DNA of 28,802 nt from an uncultured bacterium (lineage in GTDB: Bacteria > Bacillota > Clostridia > TANB77 > CAG-508): assembly GCA_905215845.1 (NCBI GenBank), contig CAJMRU010000001.1:1-28802 (forward strand). The letters are read 5' to 3'. Both the position numbers and the translations under genes were made by a program. Positions 1 to 8,919 of the stretch are shown piece after piece (the stretch's first letter is position 1; each line of letters opens with the position of its first letter). The notes beneath the pieces are model-generated. The model ran no database searches, had not been told where the DNA came from, and was given only the letters and a program-made list of their open reading frames with translations.

Positions 1-33
1 ATTTTCTTTATGGTTGACAAATAGTTGACATTG

Positions 34-192
34 TCAACCATGTTGCATAAACTCTATTATGTTTTCCTTTGATTCTATAACATTAGAGCCTATTTTGATA
101 CTTCTTTCAATCATTTTTTCTATAACTTTCTCTTTCTTGTTGTATTTTTTGCTTAATTCTTTTACTATTTCTTCTACTACTACATCTTTCAT
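34..192 (-). CDS. small hypothetical protein (52 aa, MKDVVVEEIVKELSKKYNKKERVIEKMI...)
   Basis: Translated by hand. ATG at 192-190, AAGGAG RBS upstream, TGA at 36-34. Confidence 0.6.
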   Translation of the reverse strand: MKDVVVEEIVKELSKKYNKKEKVIEKMIERSIKIGSNVIESKENIIEFMQHG

Positions 193-296
193 ATTAATTT
201 CTCCTTTTAAAAATTAAAGAGCTCTTTTATGTTTGTATTTTATAATAAATTTTATAAAAGTGTGAAAAAATTATACGAAAGTGCCTATAAATTATA

Positions 297-332
297 CAAA
301 ACCACTTTTTTTAGGCAAAGTGGCTTTTTGCT
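297..332 (-). terminator. putative intrinsic terminator after the XRE gene
   Basis: CCACTTT/AAAGTGG inverted repeat flanked by A/T runs, just past the stop at 341. Confidence 0.45.
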
Positions 333-340
333 TTTTTGAG

Positions 341-577
341 CTAAAATTCTCCAATCCCTTTTATTTCAAGATGTGTAACCTCGAACAAGTTTTTTATATC
401 AAAAGCCAGTGCATTAGCAATTACTAACATCTCTATAAATAAAACTTCGTCGACTGGGATTTTGTTTTCTTCCAAATCAGACAAGTATTCTCTGTCTATT
501 CCTGTCTCTTCTTCTAATTGCCTTAAACTTAATCCAGCTTTTTCTCTAGCTTCTTTTATTTTTAATTTTACTATCAT
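341..577 (-). CDS. XRE-family helix-turn-helix transcriptional regulator
   Basis: IKEAREKAGLSLRQLEEETGIDREYLSDLEEN is a typical HTH_3 motif. Start moved to the ATG at 577, which follows GAGGTGG. Confidence 0.85.
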   Translation of the reverse strand: MIVKLKIKEAREKAGLSLRQLEEETGIDREYLSDLEENKIPVDEVLFIEMLVIANALAFDIKNLFEVTHLEIKGIGEF

Positions 578-616
578 AAAACCACCTCTGCTTATTGTTT
601 GCAAAGGTGGTTACTG

Positions 617-790
617 TTATACTTTTTTTGCTAGTTTTATTATTTTTCTAAAACTCCTTGTTCGTGTTATTGCTTTTAAACTTTCTCCAGATAAAATTAA
701 ATAATAGCTCGTTAGTTTCCTATATTCTTTTTCATTCTTTATTTTCATTATTTTTATCATTTGTAGAGATTTTTTATACATTTCTTGCAT
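617..790 (-). CDS. small basic hypothetical protein (57 aa)
   Basis: ORF track 617..820. The ATG at 790 follows an AAGGAG RBS. Confidence 0.6.
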   Translation of the reverse strand: MQEMYKKSLQMIKIMKIKNEKEYRKLTSYYLILSGESLKAITRTRSFRKIIKLAKKV

Positions 791-1069
791 ACTATCATCT
801 CCTTTTAAATAGTATAACATTTTATGTTAATTATATCTTGAAAAATTTGTCGAAAATAAAAAATACCACTTATAAAATAATGTTAACAAATGTCAATGTG
901 CTGTCCTATTTTGCAAACTACAATAGCCATTTTCCTTGAAATATCAACAAAAATCAACTCTTTAAATTCAATTTTAAGCCGTTTTTATTTCTTTCTAATA
1001 TACTTACATCCCTTGATTTTAAGCCTTTTTTCATAATTTTAAAATATTTTTAAATTTTTTGAAAAAGTA

Positions 1070-1098
1070 TTGACAATACGTATTGCACGTAGTATAAT
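1070..1098 (+). promoter_or_regulatory. sigma-A promoter of hicAB with a palindromic operator in the spacer
   Basis: TTGACA (1070-1075), 17 bp, TATAAT (1093-1098). Inverted repeat TACGT-N5-ACGTA at 1077-1091. Confidence 0.85.
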
Positions 1099-1120
1099 AT
1101 AATTGTTAGGAGGAATAGTC

Positions 1121-1304
1121 ATGACGTTTCGAGAATTAGAGAAATTGTTAATCTCCAATGGTTGGTATCATTCTCGTACAAATGGTTCACACTACATATA
1201 TAAACACAATGAAATAAAACGGAAGTATACCAGTTCCAAACCATAAAGGAGATATCCCGAAAGGAACTCTTAACAATATCTTAAAACAAGCGGGGTTGAA
1301 ATAA
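1121..1304 (+). CDS. hicA: HicA-family toxin (mRNA interferase); needs a +1 shift at CGG 1220-1222
   Basis: AGGAGG RBS. MTFRELEKLLISNGWYHSRTNGSHYIYKHNEIK, then (C)GGA gives GSIPVPNHKGDIPKGTLNNILKQAGLK*. The GSH, VPxH and GTLxxILKQAG motifs are all present. The unshifted frame stops at 1244-1246. Confidence 0.9.
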
Positions 1305-1338
1305 TGCCCCTGCTTGTAAATATATAGGAGGTATAGTC

Positions 1339-1788
1339 ATGAAAGTTATTTACCCAGTATTATTTTATGAAGAAAAGGAAGGTGGATATTCCATTTTTGT
1401 TCCAGATTTAGAAAAAGCTTTAAATACTAGTGCTTCTACTTGTGGAAATACATTAGAAGAATCTATGTCAATGGCTGAAGATTTAATCGCTGGTCTAATA
1501 TTAGATGCAATGGAAGAAAATTTAAAAATACCACCAGCAAGTAAAATTGAAGACGTATCTTTTGAAGAATTAGAAAAAAAATTAGATATTGAAAATTGGG
1601 ATTATATTTCTAGATTTAAAACATATATATCAGTAGATATAAATTCATTTGCTGAAAAATGGGGAAAAGAATTGATTAAAAAAACTGTAAATATTCCTAA
1701 ATGGGTTAACACTAAAGCTGAAGATTTAAAAATAAATTTTTCAAAAACCTTAGAAGAAGCTTTATTAGAAAAAATATATAAATCATAA
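1339..1788 (+). CDS. hicB: HicB-family antitoxin
   Basis: YPVLF...GYSIFVPDL...TCGNTLEESMSMAED N-terminal domain and KKTVNIPKWVN...INFSKTLEEAL C-terminal DNA-binding region. Lies directly downstream of hicA. Confidence 0.92.
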   Translation: MKVIYPVLFYEEKEGGYSIFVPDLEKALNTSASTCGNTLEESMSMAEDLIAGLILDAMEENLKIPPASKIEDVSFEELEKKLDIENWDYISRFKTYISVDINSFAEKWGKELIKKTVNIPKWVNTKAEDLKINFSKTLEEALLEKIYKS

Positions 1789-1833
1789 GAAAAAAAAGCT
1801 AGGCTAGAAGAAATTAATCTCCTGCCTAGCTTA
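1789..1833. terminator. hairpin between the convergent hicB and endolysin genes
   Basis: AAGCTAGGC...GCCTAGCTT inverted repeat with an A-run on the left, which is a U-tract on the minus strand. Confidence 0.65.
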
Positions 1834-1836
1834 TCT

Positions 1837-2487
1837 CTATTTATAATTTTGATTTATCATATAACCTTCTTTTCCATTAACGCGAATACGAACTTTATCC
1901 CAAACGAATCCATCTGCTCTTGCTACACTTTTCTCTAACACATATAATGTAGTATTTTTTACATATAATGTAGCAGAAGTCCCTTGTGTTGTAGGTTTAT
2001 TTCTTAAATTAGTATTTCTAGCTAATGTTTTTAATTCGCTTGTGTTATTAGAAATTTGATAATTTGCACTATTATATTTTCCTGTTTTATTTGGTATTCC
2101 CATATAGTCTGCTGGATTGCTATTATCTGCATATTTATTACTTGCATTCCTTATTTCAAAGTGCAAATGTTTTCCTGTGCTATTTCCTGTGCTTCCCATT
2201 ATTCCTATAACACTAGTTCTAGAAACAGTTTGCCCTTTGCTTACATTAACTTTTGATAGATGACAAAACCAATGATATCTACCATCTGCGTTATTTTTTA
2301 CAACTATAAAATTGCCATAAGAATTATCCCAACCTGTTCTAGTTACAACTCCATTGCAACTAGAATAAATTTTATCATTTTCTCCAATTAGGTCTATTCC
2401 TGTATGCCACCTTGCTGCCCAATTTCCTTTTCTTTTGTATTCACAAGTTACTTCAAAATTTCCTGTTAATGGTATGTTTGTAGCCAT
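1837..2487 (-). CDS. endolysin: M23 peptidase plus C-terminal SH3-like cell-wall binding domain
   Basis: HTGID, YGN, HL and GSTGNSTGKHLHFEIR motifs. C-terminus TNLRNKPTT...DGFVWDKVR...GKEGYM. Follows the holin. Confidence 0.9.
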   Translation of the reverse strand: MATNIPLTGNFEVTCEYKRKGNWAARWHTGIDLIGENDKIYSSCNGVVTRTGWDNSYGNFIVVKNNADGRYHWFCHLSKVNVSKGQTVSRTSVIGIMGSTGNSTGKHLHFEIRNASNKYADNSNPADYMGIPNKTGKYNSANYQISNNTSELKTLARNTNLRNKPTTQGTSATLYVKNTTLYVLEKSVARADGFVWDKVRIRVNGKEGYMINQNYK

Positions 2488-2490
2488 TTT

Positions 2491-2838
2491 CTATTCCTCC
2501 TTTTTTTGTTTTAGAATTTCTCCCAATTTTCCTAGGTCTAATCCTGCCTTTTTTAAGTTTTCTAATATAGACATTATTTCCATTATGCAAATGTAAACTG
2601 TTATTATTTGTGCTACTGCTTTTATTCCAAAAGCAAATTCTACAATGTAACCTATTATTATGGCTATTATTAATAGACATTTATGTAATAGACCTTCTCT
2701 CATTACTTTGCTGTCTACATTTTTATTTATTAAAGCTTGTATGTATCCTGTTAAAATGTCAAATCCACTTAAAGCTAGTGGGGCTATTATTTGCCAAGCT
2801 ACAGAACTAAAGCTTAATGTTTGTATTAATTCTTCCAT
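2491..2838 (-). CDS. phage holin
   Basis: DILTGYIQA...DSKVMREGLLHK and EIMSILENLKKAG motifs, hydrophobic segments, and position just upstream of the lysin. Confidence 0.88.
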   Translation of the reverse strand: MEELIQTLSFSSVAWQIIAPLALSGFDILTGYIQALINKNVDSKVMREGLLHKCLLIIAIIIGYIVEFAFGIKAVAQIITVYICIMEIMSILENLKKAGLDLGKLGEILKQKKEE

Positions 2839-2839
2839 A

Positions 2840-3031
2840 CTATTTTCCCTCTCTTTCTAATAATTCAATTGGTTCTGCATATACTTCTTCTACTTTTAAA
2901 GTTAAAGTTGTATATTCTTCGTCTGTTATTTGGTTAACTGCATAAAATACTGCTAATTTAGCATTTGCTTCTTCTTTATTTTTGTAGAACTTCTTTGTTA
3001 TTAAATTCTCTAATAATTTTGCTATTTGCAT
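2840..3031 (-). CDS. small XkdX-like protein
   Basis: 63 aa containing VFYAVNQITDEEY, located between tail fibre and holin. Confidence 0.55.
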   Translation of the reverse strand: MQIAKLLENLITKKFYKNKEEANAKLAVFYAVNQITDEEYTTLTLKVEEVYAEPIELLEREGK

Positions 3032-5263
3032 TTATAACACCTCGCTTTCTATATCTGTTTGTAGATTATCTAAAAGTATAGAGCTTGTCTTGGTTGTGCT
3101 TAATAGTTGGTTAATTGTATTTACTTGTTGCTCTAAATTACTTGTTTTATTGTCTATATATGTTTTTGTATCTGCTATATATTTTAGTTTTAATTTTGCT
3201 ATACTATCTGTTGTTATATTTGTTACTGGTTTGTAGGTTTGGAAATTGTCTAGTTCGTCTAGGATTTCTGTTTGTTCTGGGGTACAAGGTAGTTTTGTTG
3301 GGGTTTCTACCTTATAATATAAAATAACTGGTGTTCCTGCATTATATAATCTTTGCAATTCACTTTTTAGTGTATTTACATCTACCCATTTAGAATTTTG
3401 GTCTATTATGCCTACGTAAAAATGTCCTAGCTCAACTTGTAAAAACATTGTTAAATCGGTTGTCATTTTTGTATCTACTTTAAAATGTGTACAGTAACCT
3501 GTTGCATATTTTCCTGTTTCTTTTTTTGGTAAATCCTTGGTTAAATCCAACCCAAATCTTCTAACTCCAGATGTATATAATTGCCATGTATTTTCCTGTC
3601 CAGTTAAGATTATTTTCTTCCAAGTATGTGCTTCTTCCCAACCATCTACTTCTTTTACAAAATAGTCTCCTTCTAACATTGGTTTTTGTATTGGTAGTAT
3701 TTTAGTTTGTTCTTGGTGTTCTACATATTCTGTTGCATTAATCATTTCGGCCCAAAACTGAAATTCAAATATTTCTTTTTTTTCATTCCCCCACAATGCA
3801 CAATCTATAACTGTATCTTCTGTTGCTATATATGTTTTTTTATAGATTTGGTTTAAATTATAAGTATTTATATTAATAAATCCCAGCTCTGTATTTCCTA
3901 CTCCATTTGTATGGAATGTAAAAGATGTAGATGTGGTTGTCTTTGTAATTAACTTTAATGCTATTTCTACTTTTTGCCCTTTTTTTATTTTAAATTCTGT
4001 TATTTTTTTTGACATGCTGTCAGATTTAATCTTAATTCCATTTGAAATCAATTCGTAAAATTCTGTATTTATTGGCATTATATTTTTATTCTGTTTCTTT
4101 ATTTCTACACTACCTTGTCCGAATTTAGAATAACTTGTTGCTACTGTGCCTTTTTCAATCTTAGGTTTAAATACAACATTTTTTACAGTTGTTCCTTGTT
4201 TTATATTTATTGCACATTTTATTGCTTCTGTATTCTGTTGAAGTGTAAAATTGCTAGAATCTCCTAAATCTAATGCAATAGATTCCCATGTATTATTCCA
4301 CAAACCTATTCTATATGTATTATTGCCCCCTCCTTTTGGACAACCACTTATGCAATATTCCCCTTTTCCTAAATTTATTTGGTTATTAATTGTCAAGGAA
4401 GCTTCTGCTTCTGCTATTCCATTCGCAATAATACTTCCATCTTCATTTGCAGTAAATGTTACTCCGTTAACTGTTTGTGTTTTAGCAGTGTTTTCTAATA
4501 AGTTTACATTATCTCCTACTGCTCTTATTACACTTGGAAATTCTGGACTTGGGCTTGCTCCGTATTGTTCGTATGGTTTTGCTAAAGTGCCTTTATTTAT
4601 TTGTGGTTTTATTAATGCATTTGTTATACTTGTTCCTGCATAAATATATATTCTAGCTTTAACATTGTCTTTAGGTTGTAAAACTTGTGAGGTAGAATTT
4701 GGAATGTTAACATTATAATCGGCACCTTGTATTTGTGTAAGCATTTTATTGTATCCATATCCATTGCACATTCCACTAAAAACAGACTCTTCTGTAATTG
4801 TAAAATTTTTCGTAAAATCTATCGATGTATTTTCTGTTGCTGTTCCATTTAATGTTATAGATTTATCCTTGTTTATTTTTACAGTTATTCCATTTACTGT
4901 CTTATCTGTTAAAATGTTTTCTAATATGTTATATCCTTCTCTTGTCTCCTGCTCCATATTCCCCAATACTTCCAACTGTCCCTCTAAATCGCTTGAATCT
5001 TCTATATGTATGCTTTGTCCTTCTGTTTCCAAATTTATCATGTTTTTTCTGTCTTTTTTAATTTCATTTTGAAGCTCTTGTAGATTAAAATCTTGTTCTT
5101 CGTCTTTATCTTCAAGCTCTATTACTTTGTCATTAACCATACCAGCAAATTCTTCTATCTTGTCCCAATTTTGATTTAATGCTAAATCTATGTCAAATTT
5201 ATTTTCATTTGTCTCAAGAGGTTCATTGTGTTTAAACAGTCTTAAATTTTTTGTTTCACTCAT
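3032..5263 (-). CDS. tail fibre / receptor-binding baseplate protein with duplicated beta-sandwich modules
   Basis: 743 aa. N-terminal TKNLRLFK...LNQNWDKIE fibre-type start, coiled coil and internal repeats. Position before the lysis genes. Confidence 0.7.
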   Translation of the reverse strand: MSETKNLRLFKHNEPLETNENKFDIDLALNQNWDKIEEFAGMVNDKVIELEDKDEEQDFNLQELQNEIKKDRKNMINLETEGQSIHIEDSSDLEGQLEVLGNMEQETREGYNILENILTDKTVNGITVKINKDKSITLNGTATENTSIDFTKNFTITEESVFSGMCNGYGYNKMLTQIQGADYNVNIPNSTSQVLQPKDNVKARIYIYAGTSITNALIKPQINKGTLAKPYEQYGASPSPEFPSVIRAVGDNVNLLENTAKTQTVNGVTFTANEDGSIIANGIAEAEASLTINNQINLGKGEYCISGCPKGGGNNTYRIGLWNNTWESIALDLGDSSNFTLQQNTEAIKCAINIKQGTTVKNVVFKPKIEKGTVATSYSKFGQGSVEIKKQNKNIMPINTEFYELISNGIKIKSDSMSKKITEFKIKKGQKVEIALKLITKTTTSTSFTFHTNGVGNTELGFININTYNLNQIYKKTYIATEDTVIDCALWGNEKKEIFEFQFWAEMINATEYVEHQEQTKILPIQKPMLEGDYFVKEVDGWEEAHTWKKIILTGQENTWQLYTSGVRRFGLDLTKDLPKKETGKYATGYCTHFKVDTKMTTDLTMFLQVELGHFYVGIIDQNSKWVDVNTLKSELQRLYNAGTPVILYYKVETPTKLPCTPEQTEILDELDNFQTYKPVTNITTDSIAKLKLKYIADTKTYIDNKTSNLEQQVNTINQLLSTTKTSSILLDNLQTDIESEVL

Positions 5264-5273
5264 TTTTTACCTC

Positions 5274-5813
5274 CTACTTAAGAATCATTACCTGTAAATA
5301 TCCTTCTAATATTTCAGTTTCCCCTGCATTTTGACTTTCTAATACAATACTTATCTTATCGCCATTGCTTACTGATAAATATGTACTTATACATACTGTA
5401 TTATAGCCAGTATCATTTGATTGATAACTTGCTTCAACTGTCTTTCCATTTTTTTGTAGCATTACAGCCTTATCTCCAGCATTGCCAAAAAATCCTATTC
5501 CTCCAGTAAAAACATCAACTTTTACTAATTTTGCTTCATTAGAAATCGTTATTGCGTTATTACTTAATGTTAGATATTCTTTTTCATTGTCACTATTAAT
5601 ATCAACTGTACTAAGAGATATTGTTGCTTTTCCATAGTTACCACCAGTTTGTAATTTTTGTCTATTAATTCTTGCTTTTAATATTGGTTTCTTTTCTACT
5701 TCTGTAATAGCTTCTTGTGTGTTATTTTCCATTTGTTTTAGATTCCCACTGTCAATAGGAGTATCTTCACTTGGCTCATCTTTCCATCCTATTCTTTTCA
5801 ATTCAACTGCCAT
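5274..5813 (-). CDS. minor tail protein
   Basis: WKDEPSEDTPIDSGNLKQMEN N-terminus resembles siphophage tail-tip proteins, followed by a beta-rich C-terminus. Confidence 0.6.
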   Translation of the reverse strand: MAVELKRIGWKDEPSEDTPIDSGNLKQMENNTQEAITEVEKKPILKARINRQKLQTGGNYGKATISLSTVDINSDNEKEYLTLSNNAITISNEAKLVKVDVFTGGIGFFGNAGDKAVMLQKNGKTVEASYQSNDTGYNTVCISTYLSVSNGDKISIVLESQNAGETEILEGYLQVMILK

Positions 5814-8497
5814 TTTTATTCCCTCCTTGTAATTTTTTTATTATTAATTCTTGTTTTTTATTTTTCTCTGATAATTCCTGAATAGCTTTCCAAGCTAAAG
5901 TTACCATTGAGTATATTTCTATTCCTTTTCCATTCTCTGCTTTTACTTCACTTGGACAATTATAATCTTCTCCAATTACCAATCCATAATGTCTATGTCC
6001 TGTTGGCTTTTCTCCTTTTAATTGGTATTGATATATATCTGCACCATCTATTACATCTAATGCTTTTTTATCAACTTTACTTATATATTTTTTCTTTTCT
6101 TTTTGTGAGGTTTGAACTAAATTACTACATTCAGCAACTCCTGTAACTGAAACAAAACCATTTCCACTTGCCATATCTACTCCAATTTGTGCTACATTTC
6201 TTCCTAAATTGCTATTAAAATTTAATAAACTAGCGCTTAATTCTGAGTTTAATCTATCTGTTGATGTATCTGTTACTGAAAAACTGCTATTTCCACCTGT
6301 TGATTTAAGCTCTATGTATCCTTCTTGAATTGTGGAATTTTTTATTGTAAAATTTTCACAAGTTATATTATTCATTATGGAATCACTACATTTTATATTC
6401 TCCATCGTGGCACTTTTACAAGTCATATTTCCTTCTTCATCTATTGAAAACTTTTCTCCATTTGCAATTACTGCTCCGTTTATCTTTGCGTCATTGCAAG
6501 TCATATTTCCTTTTTCGTCTATGGTAAAGTTCCCATTAATACTAGTGAAACCTTCTAACTGCAAGTTATTAGCTAAAATTTTAATCTGCTCAGGGCTTAA
6601 ATTTATGCTTGCTATTACTTCATCTTGATTTACCTTTTTACTTACTTCTAAGTTTATTTCATCAGATACTTGTTTTATCTTAGAATTTGTTTCTACTCTA
6701 GGTGCATATTCTTTGTTTAATTCATTGTTAAAGATGTATGTAGCTTTCATTTCCCAATCTTTAAATTCTTTAATGTATACATAGTTAGTTCCTTTATATA
6801 GCATTATATTTGTTTCTTTTATTATTTCTTCCTTTGGTTCATCATATATTGTTGTAATTCCATTTTCATATTTTATATATCTTAAAACTTTAGCTATACA
6901 TGTGCCTTTTTCTTCATCAATTTCAATTACAAATTTATCATTTACATCATTAAAATTTCTCAATGGTCTCGAGATATGAAATTCATACTCTTGCTTATAA
7001 TATCCATTGCTTCTAGGAAAGAGTTTTTTACTTGGAAATAATTTTTTACTTGGAAGTATTGGCTTTGGAGATACAAATCTACTTGTTCTTCCTACTACTA
7101 CCGTGATTGTCGTTCCTCCCTTTTTAGGAAATAACTTTATACTAGGAAACAGTTTCTTGCTTGGATAAATTCCTTTAACAGTCTTTGCTTTTGCCTCAAA
7201 TTTTAATATATTGGTTGGTAATGCATCTTCTAGCATTAATTCATTTATACCTGTTACACTTTTATCAAATTCATATATCTTTTTTACTTCATCTGTTATA
7301 CTATCTATGTCTTGAGAATGTTCTGTTAATTTATTGCTAAAGTCTGTTTGTTCTTCTACTAGTTGTGTTATCTTCCCTTCTGCCTCATCGATTCTGCTTT
7401 GCACTCTTCGATTAATTACTTTCTGAGATGGTTCTTTAACTGTTGTTTCTTGTTTTTGCTTTATTTCTATTTTACTTGTAATTTCTGCAATAAATCTTCC
7501 TTGAAAATCTAATTCTCCTTGGTATATAATAGGTTTTCCATCAACAATTATCTTATCTCCAACATCTAAAGCTGGATCTATTATTGTTTTTCCTTTAAAA
7601 CTATTAGCAGTCAAATCTTTTAAATTGTCATATATAGCTTTTACTTGTTGTTCATCTACAATATACATATTTTCTTGATTTATCCATAAAGTATTGCCTG
7701 TTTCGTCTCCGAATTTAAAACTTTCTATTCCATTTTCATAATTTACTTTTGTAATTTTATATTGTTCTCCCCATTTATAACTAGCAAATAATTCTAATGG
7801 AATAGTTTGTTCATCTTGGTATATTTTTCTTATATACAGCTTTCCATCTCTGCCTATAAAAGCAAACCCTCCCGCACTTTCAGATATATAGCTTAAATAT
7901 TGTCTTGCAGTTACTGTGTTATCATACACAGATATTTCCTTATCAGAATTAAGAAAAGAAGTAGAGCCGTAATTCTACTCCTGCTTTTTTGCATATGTCT
8001 CTCAATACATCTAATAAAGTTACTGGATATGTTAATTTACTTCCATCGTATTTAAACTCAAACTTAGACATATTATCAATACATTTTATTGTTAATGTAT
8101 TGTCATCATTATCTTCAAAATCGTCTATATTGAATATTCCGATTGGTAATATTTCAAAACTTTTATTGTTTTTAGATAAGCTTTTTACCTTTATCCCATT
8201 TAAAGTTCCTACTAGCATTTTATTTACTTCTGCAACAGTTAGCCCATGGTTTATTAGTATTCCATAATCTACTTTGACGGTTTTCATATCTTTGTATACT
8301 TTATCTTTATATATTTTAAATTCTATATACTTGCTACTTACACTACCTAATTTTAATTCTTCATCAAATAATGTTTGTCCTACTTTAAAATCAAGTATGT
8401 AGTCGGGGTTTATCAAAACTCCATCAATGTATATATTTAAAATATTTTGAACATTTTTATATATATTTTCTTTCCATTTTTGACTTGTATTATACAT
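5803..8497 (-). CDS. large tail-tip / minor structural protein (~897 aa) with C-terminal peptidase S74-like chaperone; needs a +1 shift at CGG 7969-7967
   Basis: Track ORFs 7949..8497 and 5803..7929 join as ...ICKKAGVEL-(C)GGC-STSFLNSDKEISVYDNTVTARQ. The downstream ORF has no evident RBS. The C-terminal TSQKEKKKYI...HYGLVIGE...WKAIQEL resembles an intramolecular chaperone. Confidence 0.8.
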
Positions 8498-8499
8498 TT

Positions 8500-8916
8500 C
8501 TAACCTCCTGCATTTAATACAGTTTGTTTCTGCTGTTCTGTTAATTCTTTTTGCATTAAATTAAAAGACACCTTCCATTTAGATTTGGAAGTGTCTTCAT
8601 CATTTCCTGTTAAATGCATTTCGCTTGTTCTTTTACTTACTCTAAATTTAGCATTTTCTAACATCCCACCTTTAACAGCTGGACATTTTACAGTAATTAT
8701 AAGAGGATTTCTATATGTAAGTTGCAACAACTTTTCTGCTTCCTCTTCTGTTAAATAGTCCCAACTCATTTCTAGCTTTAACATTCCTACTGCTATTGGG
8801 TTGTCTATTAATGCACCTGTTACTTTACTAGTATAACTATCGTTATCTGTATCTTCTATATTGTCTTTATATGTACTTGGAGTTTTTTGTACTACTCCAT
8901 CTACTTTCCATAACAT
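8500..8916 (-). CDS. distal-tail-position protein
   Basis: 138 aa directly after the tape measure, with a GGAGG RBS. Function assigned from synteny. Confidence 0.65.
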   Translation of the reverse strand: MLWKVDGVVQKTPSTYKDNIEDTDNDSYTSKVTGALIDNPIAVGMLKLEMSWDYLTEEEAEKLLQLTYRNPLIITVKCPAVKGGMLENAKFRVSKRTSEMHLTGNDEDTSKSKWKVSFNLMQKELTEQQKQTVLNAGG

Positions 8917-8919
8917 ATT

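Noticed and set aside
2400..2420. AGG in the endolysin WAARWHTG, where Gly might be expected, suggesting AGG recoding
   Set aside because: The frame continues without a shift, and AGG encodes conserved Arg elsewhere (HFEIR in the lysin, HTGSR in RtcB).
3032..5813. Diversity-generating retroelement targeting the tail fibre
   Set aside because: No reverse transcriptase is present in the window and I saw no near-identical template/variable repeat pair. The fibre repeats are old protein-level duplications.
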